A DNA stretch of 64,000 nt from positions 25,978,001-26,042,000 of the forward strand of contig OZ241834.1 of the NCBI GenBank assembly GCA_965202585.1, written 5' to 3'. This document shows, piece by piece, positions 39,300 through 53,849 of this stretch (position 1 is its first letter; each line of letters starts with the position of its first letter). Made by a program: the position numbers and the translations under genes. The DNA comes from Thalia democratica (Eukaryota). The notes below the pieces were generated by a model, which did not search any database, had not been told where the DNA came from, and saw only the letters and a program-made list of their open reading frames with translations.

Positions 39300-42200
39300 G
39301 ATGAATGAATAATAAAGCGACCAAAACGATACTTGCAAGAGTTACTGACTGTGACGAATTGACTGTCGAGCAGTTATGCTTTGCAAGGTACCTTTTACTT
39401 CTTAGCATTTTTGCATTAGCATGTTTGTTTAACACATATATGCTTATAAAAACTTAGTTGTCTTATTACGAATGTTGAAAAAGTTCCAGTAAGAAAGAAA
39501 CCATATCTAACTTGTTCTAAAAGTAATTTTTTTTAAAGCATTAGTTTGAAAAGTCCAGAAATAACAGCCTGTATCTTACAGCACACCTCTAAATACATTA
39601 AGAAAAACATAAATGAAACAAAACATGTTAACACACTCCCGACTGAGTTTTCCTTTGCCGCTCACCTAAAGTAATAAAGTTTTAACAAAGCACAAGGTTT
39701 TTTTTTACCTCAAACTTAAACAAAGTTTCATTATATCGATTTCATGGAGTTTTGTTAATCGTAAGTTCTATCAAGTATGTTCAAGTTAATTACAGTTTAA
39801 ACTAATGTGTAAAAAGTAATTTCAAAAGAATAAAAGAGTTCATTTTGTTTAGCTTTACTAGTTATGATTACTCATAATCAATATACTCATAAGCAATGTA
39901 CTCAAAACTTTTATTAAACAGACAACTAGATAACTTTGTTCTTGCACATACTAGTAACTTACCTTACAACAATGTTTTCCAAACAACCTTTCAAAAACGT
40001 ACTGTACAGTAACTATGATGATACTTGTTTGAAAGTTGTAAACTACGTTTAAACACAAATTTTATTTTCCAGTGTATATGAAAAACTAGTTTAACAGGTA
40101 AGTAGTTTAACATTCAATTGGTGTTTCAAACAACTGATTCAAGCTGTTATACAGTTTAAAAAATAACTGATGCGATTTTGCTCGTTAAACTTAAACCTTG
40201 ATCAAACTAAGAACTTTAACTTTGCAGATTTCAACCGAATAAAGTGTGCTGATAAAAGTGAACAAATGGATTTGGTTGTAAATTTTTCAAACAAAATAAA
40301 GTTAATTAAATTCAAAGAAGTAAATAAGTCGAAAAAGCTTATGAACACTAGCACTAAATTTGAACTTAAACAAAAGCTGATATCTTTTGGATGAAAAATT
40401 TTACGTAAAAAAAGAGGTTGGTTTATTTTTTAAGCAGCATTATATACAAAATAAAATCGAGTAAGAAAATCGAAATGAAAAAGTTTTGAAGTAAAATTGA
40501 CAAACTTAGTGTTTGAATAAAGCTTTGTTTACAATCAGCACTCATAACCTTTCAATCTATCTTTGAAACTTTTTAACTGGAAAATAATGCAACTAGGTTT
40601 TTTTTTCAAACTTTGTTTTGTCACTTCTCATAAAGTTTTAAAGTCAGTCGAAACAACATAGATACTGACACATATTTTGAAACAACAACAGTACTGTTTT
40701 TTAAAGTTTACGATTGAAGTGTTTACCAAGTTAAACATGTGTTTTAACTGCTTTACTGCTAATAGTAATTTCCTAGTTTACTCAACCTAGATTAATCATA
40801 ATGTTCTGTACCATTGATTTCATTGACTAAATGTTTTGCTTTTCGAAATTCGTAACTAGTTATCTCTAACTTACTGTTAATGTAGTTAAAAACACAGCTT
40901 AGGATAAGTTACATTTTATTCTCGGATGTCGTTAAGAACATAGCTGTTGTAGCAATAACATATAAACTTGAAGCAAAGTAACTGTTATCTTATTCAATTA
41001 TAGACCATATAAAACAAAGTATTTGCTTGATTCAAAGTTTTACATTGTAGTTTGCCTATTATGGAACTTGTACTGTCACATAATAGGCTGTAAAAAAATG
41101 AAGGCTAAAAAAGTTTTTGTCTTGCTTTGTCCAATTTTTCTTCTTCTTTACATTTATAAAAACTACACAGCTTAAAGCAACAAGTTACAGTAATTTTGCT
41201 TTCTTATGTATAGCGTACTTAAGGGTAACAAACAAGTGGTAACAAGTTTTTTACTTCTTTTCTTTGTACCATGTTTCAGCTAATCAATTGGTTTATTTCA
41301 TATGCTTGACAAGATTAGAAAGCTTAAATCAAGTAAGTAGATGTAAGCTTTGTAAAATAAAAGATTTATTTATACAAGTTCATCATTTTATTAAGGTATT
41401 TTGTTTTGTAAATTGCGTACTTGTTAATAGCGTTCTCTTTCTTTTGAACAAACGATGTTGTTTACATTTATGTGTTACACCAGTTTTGAATTGTTAAGCA
41501 TGTTTCAGTTGTAGTTTAATTGTAATTGAACAGTATTTTTTAAGGACACTAAACATTGTTTGTTATTAACAGTTTAAAACGTTTTCAGTTAATAAGTCAA
41601 AGTTTTATTTCTGTTTAAGCGTACTATTTTCATTGAAAAATAAAAATAGTTTTTACAGTGACGTAGGCACAGTTTTTTTTAATAAACTAAAAAACAAATG
41701 AAATATTGAATTAAAAAATGTCCACAAAGTAAGCATGAATAAGAATAAGTTTTATTTGGAAAAGAAAGTTAAAAGGAAAAAGGCCACGAAAAAGACACTC
41801 AAGTTAGTTAAAGCTTTTCACTAAGCATTCGACAATAGTAAGCAATAAAGTAAGGATTAGAGCAGTTATCTAGCTAGAGTTCCTTTCTTAACAGTTGCAT
41901 AAAAAAAGTACAGTAGAGAAATTGTAGCGAGCTAGGTATTTAATAAATAATGGGTTTATAGTTTGGAGGGAAATTGTTTTTTGATTCTTTTTCACCACAA
42001 AGTTGATTAAGTGTGTGTATTTGTGTTGTTGAGTTTAGTAGTCATTAGTAGCTTGTGTATTTAATTGGTGATCCACCTAATCTTTAGATTCAAAAAGTAC
42101 ATAGCTTAAAACAAACAAGTATCGTCGTTTTGAGTTGTCTCATACATAGTTTAAAAAAGAGTTACAAAAAATGGTAACAAGCTGTTCCATTTTTACCTTG

Positions 42201-43805
42201 GAATCATGTCGTTATTTGTCATAGCCACAGAAAAAATGAGTTCAACAAAACAAGTATGAGCTTTGTAAGCAGAAAGATTATTTCAATTGTATGTTTGTTT
42301 TAAACAATCACTGTTGTTTACATTACTGTTCAACTTTTAAACAGTTTTTTATTGTTTCATTTGCATTCTGATAAGTAAAACTAATACTTATTTGACAATC
42401 AGACCTTAAATAAATATCATTGAGCATTTTTAGTATCAAAGCAAAGTAAATGTTTCTTCTCATTTAATATAATGTCTTATTTAAGCATAATTTTTTATTT
42501 AGTGACAGATTGATTTTTTTATTAAACTAACAACAAATATCTATTGAGTGTTTGAAAAACAAGTTTACAAAGTAAAATGAACTAGAATAAGTTTTGTTTA
42601 AACAATAAGTTAAACAAGAAAATTCCCATTAAAAAACATTTTTACCTAACATTTAAATACTAGTGAAGCAGAAAAACTTATTCTACATTATCAAAAGTAG
42701 TTTAAAATGTCAAGTAGAACTACAAAAACTAAAGTAAGTGTAACTAACTAGTAGAAACAAAAACAGAGAAATTCAGCTTTAGAAAGTTTATTTAGAAGTT
42801 ATTGAAACACACTAACTGTTACTTTTTACCAACACGCACAATGTAGATATAAATTTGTACATTTTTTTGTCGCTTAGTTTAAGCTTGTTTGACACTGTTT
42901 ACTCGACATTAGTAGCTGCTTAAATCAACTGGTGGTCCTGATTACTTTAGATATGTAGAAACATAACTTTCAACAAACTACTAGAGTTGTTAAAGGTCAG
43001 TAAGTTGTCTCATATCTAGTTAAAACAAGTACCTTTTACTTTGAAAACTAGAATAATAAATTACTTAAAAAAGTACAAGCAGTTACTTTTTTGTGTTTTA
43101 CCAAGTTTCAACCAATGAGCTGGTTTGTTTTGTGTGTTTATGTTTTGAATTGAAAATGTTTCTTGAATATGCTAAACAGAAGTTAGCTTTGAAAGAAGGA
43201 ATATGTTATTTTACTTGAAAAACACATCTGTAATTTTTTGTCTTGAACAACCATTTTTGTATTCATTTATGTATTCGTAACTTTTTAAAACGTGTTACAT
43301 GGCTTCAATTGCAGTTAAGTTGATAAGAAGAACTCGTTTAAAAAGTTAAAGCTCGGTTGTGTTACTAATAATCAACAACAACTTAAAATAAAGTTACAAC
43401 TAAGTTTTTGCATGTTATAAGTGATATACATTTTTGTTTAAAAAGATGATACTTTTTTGTAAGCACTTATTTATTGAATGTTTCAACAGAACTTCAGCAA
43501 ATGAATAAAAACAAGTGTTTTGTACAAAAAGTATTCAGATGAAAAATCTTACGGACAACAAAATCAAGTTAGTTAAACATCTTTTACAAACCATTTGATT
43601 ACAAGCACTACTACTGTTTTTAGACTAATGCAATGCTTTTTCTACAATATAACGAGTTACAAGTTTATAAAGTATTTGAAACAAAAAAAAAGTGTGTTCA
43701 TTCAAGTATATGAGTTTTTAATTTACACAAATAAGAATTTATTTGTACTAAGCTTATATTCTTGTACTTTAAGTAAACATGAACAGCTGGTTCTATTCAA
43801 ATGGT

Positions 43806-43821
43806 GGTCCTGAAAAGGACC
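43806..43821 (-). terminator. Histone 3' stem-loop (H2B, TTTC loop)
   Basis: Reverse complement GGTCCT TTTC AGGACC. Confidence 0.95.
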
Positions 43822-43834
43822 GGTTGTTTAGCGT

Positions 43835-44194
43835 TTATTTTGAGCTGGTGTATTTGGTAACAGCTTTAGTTCCTTCTGAAACTGCGTGCTTTGACAACTC
43901 GCCGGGGAGCAAGAGCCTGACAGCAGTTTGAATTTCGCGGCTGCTAACAGTTGACCTCTTGTTGTAATGAGCCAAACGTGAAGCCTCTGCTGCAATGCGC
44001 TCGAAGATGTCGTTGACAAATGAGTTCATGATTCCCATTGCCTTGCTGGAAATTCCGGTGTCGGGGTGCACTTGCTTCAAAACTTTGTACACATAGATGC
44101 CAAAGCTTTCTTTGTTCCTCCTCCTTCGCTTCTTCTTGCCGTCGACCGGAGCGGTCTTGGCTACTGACTTCTTCGCGCCTTTGGTTGCTGTCAT
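43835..44194 (-). CDS. H2B: Histone H2B
   Basis: Same protein; start trimmed to MTATKG. Confidence 0.96.
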   Translation of the reverse strand: MTATKGAKKSVAKTAPVDGKKKRRRRNKESFGIYVYKVLKQVHPDTGISSKAMGIMNSFVNDIFERIAAEASRLAHYNKRSTVSSREIQTAVRLLLPGELSKHAVSEGTKAVTKYTSSK

Positions 44195-44327
44195 GATGAT
44201 GTGTGGACTTCTGTCTCGGCGCCAGTTTATATGCTGAAAAATTATGCAAATTAGCATAGTTCCGTACGCGAACGATAGCTGGTTTCTCTCACTTCACAAT
44301 TCTCTCGTTTGTTGTAAATATTTTGGT

Positions 44328-44343
44328 GGTCCTGAAAAGGACC
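44328..44343 (-). terminator. Histone 3' stem-loop (H2A)
   Basis: Reverse complement GGTCCT TTTC AGGACC. Confidence 0.95.
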
Positions 44344-44358
44344 TGGTTTTTTTTTAAC

Positions 44359-44739
44359 TTAGGCTGACTTTTTTGAAGCGGTCTTCTTAGGCAATAGTAC
44401 TGCCTGGATGTTTGGAAGAACACCACCTTGAGCAATTGTGACGCCTCCGAGAAGTTTGTTCAACTCTTCGTCGTTGCGAATAGCTAGTTGCAAATGGCGA
44501 GGAATGATCCTGCTTTTCTTGTTGTCACGAGCAGCGTTACCGGCAAGCTCGAGCACTTCTGCGCTCAAGTACTCGAGAACGGCAGCCAGATAAACTGGAG
44601 CACCAGCTCCGACTCTTTGGCTGTAGTTGCCGGTGCGCAACAGGCGGTGCACGCGACCGACTGGAAACTGCAGTCCTGCACGGGAAGACCTGCTCTTCGG
44701 CTTAGATTTGAGTTTTGATCCTTTACCACGTCCTGACAT
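44359..44739 (-). CDS. H2A: Histone H2A
   Basis: Same protein; start trimmed to MSGRGK. Confidence 0.97.
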   Translation of the reverse strand: MSGRGKGSKLKSKPKSRSSRAGLQFPVGRVHRLLRTGNYSQRVGAGAPVYLAAVLEYLSAEVLELAGNAARDNKKSRIIPRHLQLAIRNDEELNKLLGGVTIAQGGVLPNIQAVLLPKKTASKKSA

Positions 44740-44888
44740 TTTGTTGTTCGAATGATTGTGATGATAGCTTGCACAGCTCACTATAAAACTCATACCTAAC
44801 CGCGTCGAACGAAAAACTAATTTGCATATGTCATAGCTAATGCTTAATCTTGTCAAAAGTGTTGTAAAACTTTTATATTGAATTAGGT

Positions 44889-44904
44889 GGTCCTAAAAAG
44901 GACC
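44889..44904 (-). terminator. Histone 3' stem-loop (H4)
   Basis: Reverse complement GGTCCT TTTT AGGACC. Confidence 0.95.
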
Positions 44905-44921
44905 GGGTTTGCTAAAAGCGA

Positions 44922-45269
<348 letters not shown>

Positions 45270-45390
45270 TTATATACAAGCTGTTACGGACGCGTACGGT
45301 TACTACTAACTAATTTGCATACTCAAAAAAGTCTCTTAACTTACATTTTTTCGTTCGGTTAAGTTTTTCTCACTGTCAAAGTTTTAAGGT

Positions 45391-45406
45391 GGCCCTGAAA
45401 AGGACC
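45391..45406 (-). terminator. Histone 3' stem-loop (H3)
   Basis: Reverse complement GGTCCT TTTC AGGGCC. Confidence 0.95.
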
Positions 45407-45421
45407 GGTTTTAGCTAACGC

Positions 45422-45913
<492 letters not shown>

Positions 45914-45980
45914 CTAATTTGCATATTTTCAACTTAGCATTGTTTTATGCATTTCGAGTTGCGTTATATTTTGTTTGAGT

Positions 45981-45996
45981 GGTCCTGAAAAGGACC
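45981..45996 (-). terminator. Histone 3' stem-loop (H1)
   Basis: Reverse complement GGTCCT TTTC AGGACC. Confidence 0.95.
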
Positions 45997-46013
45997 TTGG
46001 GTAAAAGAACAAC

Positions 46014-46574
46014 TTATTTTTTGCAGCTCTTCTTCTTGGATGCTTTTTTGGCTGCCGGCTTCTTCTTGGTTACTTTCTTCTTCTTGCTTGCAGCTTTTTT
46101 AGATGCTGCCTTCTTAGGAGCGCACTTTTTAGCAGGTCGCTTTTTGGCTGCTGGTTTTTTTGCAGCCTTCTTGGGAGCACACTTCTTTTTTGGTTTTTTA
46201 GCTGCGGCCTTCTTTGCTGCTGGCTTTTTAGCTACTTTCTTTGTCCTCTTCTTGGGCCCAGCAGCTGGCATTGGAGCAAGCTTGAACGAGCCAGAAGCGC
46301 CTTTTCCAGTTGTCTGGAGAAAAGCACCTTTGGTCACGCCGCTGGTAAGTGCTCTCTTCAAGTGAGAATTGGAAGCTGTGAGGTCAAGCTTGTAGGTGTC
46401 CGCAATAAACTTTTGTATCTTCTGGCGGGATGTACCTTTTCGTTCCTTCATTGCTCCAAGGGCAGAGCTAATCATTTCCCTGTAAGTAGGGTGCTCTGCC
46501 TTCTTGGCGCTTGGTCTCTTGGAGGACCTGGCTGCGGCTGGCGCTGGTACTGCTGCTACTGCTGTGGTAGACAT
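46014..46574 (-). CDS. H1: Histone H1, 186 aa (family C)
   Basis: Protein identical to unit-1 H1; start trimmed to MSTTAV. Confidence 0.96.
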   Translation of the reverse strand: MSTTAVAAVPAPAAARSSKRPSAKKAEHPTYREMISSALGAMKERKGTSRQKIQKFIADTYKLDLTASNSHLKRALTSGVTKGAFLQTTGKGASGSFKLAPMPAAGPKKRTKKVAKKPAAKKAAAKKPKKKCAPKKAAKKPAAKKRPAKKCAPKKAASKKAASKKKKVTKKKPAAKKASKKKSCKK

Positions 46575-49500
46575 GATGAATGAATAATAAAGCGACCAAA
46601 ACGATACTTGCAAGAGTTACTGACTGTGACGAATTGACTGTCGAGCAGTTATGCTTTGCAAGGTACCTTTTACTTCTTAGCATTTTTGCATTAGCATGTT
46701 TGTTTAACACATATATGCTTATAAAAACTTAGTTGTCTTATTACGAATGTTGAAAAAGTTCCAGTAAGAAAGAAACCATATCTAACTTGTTCTAAAAGTA
46801 ATTTTTTTTAAAGCATTAGTTTGAAAAGTCCAGAAATAACAGCCTGTATCTTACAGCACACCTCTAAATACATTAAGAAAAACATAAATGAAACAAAACA
46901 TGTTAACACACTCCCGACTGAGTTTTCCTTTGCCGCTCACCTAAAGTAATAAAGTTTTAACAAAGCACAAGGTTTTTTTTTACCTCAAACTTAAACAAAG
47001 TTTCATTATATCGATTTCATGGAGTTTTGTTAATCGTAAGTTCTATCAAGTATGTTCAAGTTAATTACAGTTTAAACTAATGTGTAAAAAGTAATTTCAA
47101 AAGAATAAAAGAGTTCATTTTGTTTAGCTTTACTAGTTATGATTACTCATAATCAATATACTCATAAGCAATGTACTCAAAACTTTTATTAAACAGACAA
47201 CTAGATAACTTTGTTCTTGCACATACTAGTAACTTACCTTACAACAATGTTTTCCAAACAACCTTTCAAAAACGTACTGTACAGTAACTATGATGATACT
47301 TGTTTGAAAGTTGTAAACTACGTTTAAACACAAATTTTATTTTCCAGTGTATATGAAAAACTAGTTTAACAGGTAAGTAGTTTAACATTCAATTGGTGTT
47401 TCAAACAACTGATTCAAGCTGTTATACAGTTTAAAAAATAACTGATGCGATTTTGCTCGTTAAACTTAAACCTTGATCAAACTAAGAACTTTAACTTTGC
47501 AGATTTCAACCGAATAAAGTGTGCTGATAAAAGTGAACAAATGGATTTGGTTGTAAATTTTTCAAACAAAATAAAGTTAATTAAATTCAAAGAAGTAAAT
47601 AAGTCGAAAAAGCTTATGAACACTAGCACTAAATTTGAACTTAAACAAAAGCTGATATCTTTTGGATGAAAAATTTTACGTAAAAAAAGAGGTTGGTTTA
47701 TTTTTTAAGCAGCATTATATACAAAATAAAATCGAGTAAGAAAATCGAAATGAAAAAGTTTTGAAGTAAAATTGACAAACTTAGTGTTTGAATAAAGCTT
47801 TGTTTACAATCAGCACTCATAACCTTTCAATCTATCTTTGAAACTTTTTAACTGGAAAATAATGCAACTAGGTTTTTTTTTCAAACTTTGTTTTGTCACT
47901 TCTCATAAAGTTTTAAAGTCAGTCGAAACAACATAGATACTGACACATATTTTGAAACAACAACAGTACTGTTTTTTAAAGTTTACGATTGAAGTGTTTA
48001 CCAAGTTAAACATGTGTTTTAACTGCTTTACTGCTAATAGTAATTTCCTAGTTTACTCAACCTAGATTAATCATAATGTTCTGTACCATTGATTTCATTG
48101 ACTAAATGTTTTGCTTTTCGAAATTCGTAACTAGTTATCTCTAACTTACTGTTAATGTAGTTAAAAACACAGCTTAGGATAAGTTACATTTTATTCTCGG
48201 ATGTCGTTAAGAACATAGCTGTTGTAGCAATAACATATAAACTTGAAGCAAAGTAACTGTTATCTTATTCAATTATAGACCATATAAAACAAAGTATTTG
48301 CTTGATTCAAAGTTTTACATTGTAGTTTGCCTATTATGGAACTTGTACTGTCACATAATAGGCTGTAAAAAAATGAAGGCTAAAAAAGTTTTTGTCTTGC
48401 TTTGTCCAATTTTTCTTCTTCTTTACATTTATAAAAACTACACAGCTTAAAGCAACAAGTTACAGTAATTTTGCTTTCTTATGTATAGCGTACTTAAGGG
48501 TAACAAACAAGTGGTAACAAGTTTTTTACTTCTTTTCTTTGTACCATGTTTCAGCTAATCAATTGGTTTATTTCATATGCTTGACAAGATTAGAAAGCTT
48601 AAATCAAGTAAGTAGATGTAAGCTTTGTAAAATAAAAGATTTATTTATACAAGTTCATCATTTTATTAAGGTATTTTGTTTTGTAAATTGCGTACTTGTT
48701 AATAGCGTTCTCTTTCTTTTGAACAAACGATGTTGTTTACATTTATGTGTTACACCAGTTTTGAATTGCTAAGCATGTTTCAGTTGTAGTTTAATTGTAA
48801 TTGAACAGTATTTTTTAAGGACACTAAACATTGTTTGTTATTAACAGTTTAAAACGTTTTCAGTTAATAAGTCAAAGTTTTATTTCTGTTTAAGCGTACT
48901 ATTTTCATTGAAAAATAAAAATAGTTTTTACAGTGACGTAGGCACAGTTTTTTTTAATAAACTAAAAAACAAATGAAATATTGAATTAAAAAATGTCCAC
49001 AAAGTAAGCATGAATAAGAATAAGTTTTATTTGGAAAAGAAAGTTAAAAGGAAAAAGGCCACGAAAAAGACACTCAAGTTAGTTAAAGCTTTTCACTAAG
49101 CATTCGACAATAGTAAGCAATAAAGTAAGGATTAGAGCAGTTATCTAGCTAGAGTTCCTTTCTTAACAGTTGCATAAAAAAAGTACAGTAGAGAAATTGT
49201 AGCGAGCTAGGTATTTAATAAATAATGGGTTTATAGTTTGGAGGGAAATTGTTTTTTGATTCTTTTTCACCACAAAGTTGATTAAGTGTGTGTATTTGTG
49301 TTGTTGAGTTTAGTAGTCATTAGTAGCTTGTGTATTTAATTGGTGATCCACCTAATCTTTAGATTCAAAAAGTACATAGCTTAAAACAAACAAGTATCGT
49401 CGTTTTGAGTTGTCTCATACATAGTTTAAAAAAGAGTTACAAAAAATGGTAACAAGCTGTTCCATTTTTACCTTGGAATCATGTCGTTATTTGTCATAGC

Positions 49501-51080
49501 CACAGAAAAAATGAGTTCAACAAAACAAGTATGAGCTTTGTAAGCAGAAAGATTATTTCAATTGTATGTTTGTTTTAAACAATCACTGTTGTTTACATTA
49601 CTGTTCAACTTTTAAACAGTTTTTTATTGTTTCATTTGCATTCTGATAAGTAAAACTAATACTTATTTGACAATCAGACCTTAAATAAATATCATTGAGC
49701 ATTTTTAGTATCAAAGCAAAGTAAATGTTTCTTCTCATTTAATATAATGTCTTATTTAAGCATAATTTTTTATTTAGTGACAGATTGATTTTTTTATTAA
49801 ACTAACAACAAATATCTATTGAGTGTTTGAAAAACAAGTTTACAAAGTAAAATGAACTAGAATAAGTTTTGTTTAAACAATAAGTTAAACAAGAAAATTC
49901 CCATTAAAAAACATTTTTACCTAACATTTAAATACTAGTGAAGCAGAAAAACTTATTCTACATTATCAAAAGTAGTTTAAAATGTCAAGTAGAACTACAA
50001 AAACTAAAGTAAGTGTAACTAACTAGTAGAAACAAAAACAGAGAAATTCAGCTTTAGAAAGTTTATTTAGAAGTTATTGAAACACACTAACTGTTACTTT
50101 TTACCAACACGCACAATGTAGATATAAATTTGTACATTTTTTTGTCGCTTAGTTTAAGCTTGTTTGACACTGTTTACTCGACATTAGTAGCTGCTTAAAT
50201 CAACTGGTGGTCCTGATTACTTTAGATATGTAGAAACATAACTTTCAACAAACTACTAGAGTTGTTAAAGGTCAGTAAGTTGTCTCATATCTAGTTAAAA
50301 CAAGTACCTTTTACTTTGAAAACTAGAATAATAAATTACTTAAAAAAGTACAAGCAGTTACTTTTTTGTGTTTTACCAAGTTTCAACCAATGAGCTGGTT
50401 TGTTTTGTGTGTTTATGTTTTGAATTGAAAATGTTTCTTGAATATGCTAAACAGAAGTTAGCTTTGAAAGAAGGAATATGTTATTTTACTTGAAAAACAC
50501 ATCTGTAATTTTTTGTCTTGAACAACCATTTTTGTATTCATTTATGTATTCGTAACTTTTTAAAACGTGTTACATGGCTTCAATTGCAGTTAAGTTGATA
50601 AGAAGAACTCGTTTAAAAAGTTAAAGCTCGGTTGTGTTACTAATAATCAACAACAACTTAAAATAAAGTTACAACTAAGTTTTTGCATGTTATAAGTGAT
50701 ATACATTTTTGTTTAAAAAGATGATACTTTTTTGTAAGCACTTATTTATTGAATGTTTCAACAGAACTTCAGCAAATGAATAAAAACAAGTGTTTTGTAC
50801 AAAAAGTATTCAGATGAAAAATCTTACGGACAACAAAATCAAGTTAGTTAAACATCTTTTACAAACCATTTGATTACAAGCACTACTACTGTTTTTAGAC
50901 TAATGCAATGCTTTTTCTACAATATAACGAGTTACAAGTTTATAAAGTATTTGAAACAAAAAAAAAGTGTGTTCATTCAAGTATATGAGTTTTTAATTTA
51001 CACAAATAAGAATTTATTTGTACTAAGCTTATATTCTTGTACTTTAAGTAAACATGAACAGCTGGTTCTATTCAAATGGT

Positions 51081-51096
51081 GGTCCTGAAAAGGACC
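51081..51096 (-). terminator. Histone 3' stem-loop (H2B)
   Basis: Repeat copy. Confidence 0.95.
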
Positions 51097-51109
51097 GGTT
51101 GTTTAGCGT

Positions 51110-51469
51110 TTATTTTGAGCTGGTGTATTTGGTAACAGCTTTAGTTCCTTCTGAAACTGCGTGCTTTGACAACTCGCCGGGGAGCAAGAGCCTGACAGCA
51201 GTTTGAATTTCGCGGCTGCTAACAGTTGACCTCTTGTTGTAATGAGCCAAACGTGAAGCCTCTGCTGCAATGCGCTCGAAGATGTCGTTGACAAATGAGT
51301 TCATGATTCCCATTGCCTTGCTGGAAATTCCGGTGTCGGGGTGCACTTGCTTCAAAACTTTGTACACATAGATGCCAAAGCTTTCTTTGTTCCTCCTCCT
51401 TCGCTTCTTCTTGCCGTCGACCGGAGCGGTCTTGGCTACTGACTTCTTCGCGCCTTTGGTTGCTGTCAT
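51110..51469 (-). CDS. H2B: Histone H2B
   Basis: Repeat copy. Confidence 0.96.
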   Translation of the reverse strand: MTATKGAKKSVAKTAPVDGKKKRRRRNKESFGIYVYKVLKQVHPDTGISSKAMGIMNSFVNDIFERIAAEASRLAHYNKRSTVSSREIQTAVRLLLPGELSKHAVSEGTKAVTKYTSSK

Positions 51470-51602
51470 GATGATGTGTGGACTTCTGTCTCGGCGCCAG
51501 TTTATATGCTGAAAAATTATGCAAATTAGCATAGTTCCGTACGCGAACGATAGCTGGTTTCTCTCACTTCACAATTCTCTCGTTTGTTGTAAATATTTTG
51601 GT

Positions 51603-51618
51603 GGTCCTGAAAAGGACC
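51603..51618 (-). terminator. Histone 3' stem-loop (H2A)
   Basis: Repeat copy. Confidence 0.95.
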
Positions 51619-51633
51619 TGGTTTTTTTTTAAC

Positions 51634-52014
51634 TTAGGCTGACTTTTTTGAAGCGGTCTTCTTAGGCAATAGTACTGCCTGGATGTTTGGAAGAACACCA
51701 CCTTGAGCAATTGTGACGCCTCCGAGAAGTTTGTTCAACTCTTCGTCGTTGCGAATAGCTAGTTGCAAATGGCGAGGAATGATCCTGCTTTTCTTGTTGT
51801 CACGAGCAGCGTTACCGGCAAGCTCGAGCACTTCTGCGCTCAAGTACTCGAGAACGGCAGCCAGATAAACTGGAGCACCAGCTCCGACTCTTTGGCTGTA
51901 GTTGCCGGTGCGCAACAGGCGGTGCACGCGACCGACTGGAAACTGCAGTCCTGCACGGGAAGACCTGCTCTTCGGCTTAGATTTGAGTTTTGATCCTTTA
52001 CCACGTCCTGACAT
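51634..52014 (-). CDS. H2A: Histone H2A
   Basis: Repeat copy. Confidence 0.97.
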   Translation of the reverse strand: MSGRGKGSKLKSKPKSRSSRAGLQFPVGRVHRLLRTGNYSQRVGAGAPVYLAAVLEYLSAEVLELAGNAARDNKKSRIIPRHLQLAIRNDEELNKLLGGVTIAQGGVLPNIQAVLLPKKTASKKSA

Positions 52015-52163
52015 TTTGTTGTTCGAATGATTGTGATGATAGCTTGCACAGCTCACTATAAAACTCATACCTAACCGCGTCGAACGAAAAACTAATTTGC
52101 ATATGTCATAGCTAATGCTTAATCTTGTCAAAAGTGTTGTAAAACTTTTATATTGAATTAGGT

Positions 52164-52179
52164 GGTCCTAAAAAGGACC
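52164..52179 (-). terminator. Histone 3' stem-loop (H4)
   Basis: Repeat copy. Confidence 0.95.
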
Positions 52180-52196
52180 GGGTTTGCTAAAAGCGA

Positions 52197-52544
<348 letters not shown>

Positions 52545-52665
52545 TTATATACAAGCTGTTACGGACGCGTACGGTTACTACTAACTAATTTGCATACTCA
52601 AAAAAGTCTCTTAACTTACATTTTTTCGTTCGGTTAAGTTTTTCTCACTGTCAAAGTTTTAAGGT

Positions 52666-52681
52666 GGCCCTGAAAAGGACC
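52666..52681 (-). terminator. Histone 3' stem-loop (H3)
   Basis: Repeat copy. Confidence 0.95.
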
Positions 52682-52696
52682 GGTTTTAGCTAACGC

Positions 52697-53188
<492 letters not shown>

Positions 53189-53255
53189 CTAATTTGCATA
53201 TTTTCAACTTAGCATTGTTTTATGCATTTCGAGTTGCGTTATATTTTGTTTGAGT

Positions 53256-53271
53256 GGTCCTGAAAAGGACC
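53256..53271 (-). terminator. Histone 3' stem-loop (H1)
   Basis: Repeat copy. Confidence 0.95.
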
Positions 53272-53288
53272 TTGGGTAAAAGAACAAC

Positions 53289-53849
53289 TTATTTTTTGCA
53301 GCTCTTCTTCTTGGATGCTTTTTTGGCTGCCGGCTTCTTCTTGGTTACTTTCTTCTTCTTGCTTGCAGCTTTTTTAGATGCTGCCTTCTTAGGAGCGCAC
53401 TTTTTAGCAGGTCGCTTTTTGGCTGCTGGTTTTTTTGCAGCCTTCTTGGGAGCACACTTCTTTTTTGGTTTTTTAGCTGCGGCCTTCTTTGCTGCTGGCT
53501 TTTTAGCTACTTTCTTTGTCCTCTTCTTGGGCCCAGCAGCTGGCATTGGAGCAAGCTTGAACGAGCCAGAAGCGCCTTTTCCAGTTGTCTGGAGAAAAGC
53601 ACCTTTGGTCACGCCGCTGGTAAGTGCTCTCTTCAAGTGAGAATTGGAAGCTGTGAGGTCAAGCTTGTAGGTGTCCGCAATAAACTTTTGTATCTTCTGG
53701 CGGGATGTACCTTTTCGTTCCTTCATTGCTCCAAGGGCAGAGCTAATCATTTCCCTGTAAGTAGGGTGCTCTGCCTTCTTGGCGCTTGGTCTCTTGGAGG
53801 ACCTGGCTGCGGCTGGCGCTGGTACTGCTGCTACTGCTGTGGTAGACAT
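53289..53849 (-). CDS. H1: Histone H1, 186 aa
   Basis: Repeat copy. Confidence 0.96.
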   Translation of the reverse strand: MSTTAVAAVPAPAAARSSKRPSAKKAEHPTYREMISSALGAMKERKGTSRQKIQKFIADTYKLDLTASNSHLKRALTSGVTKGAFLQTTGKGASGSFKLAPMPAAGPKKRTKKVAKKPAAKKAAAKKPKKKCAPKKAAKKPAAKKRPAKKCAPKKAASKKAASKKKKVTKKKPAAKKASKKKSCKK

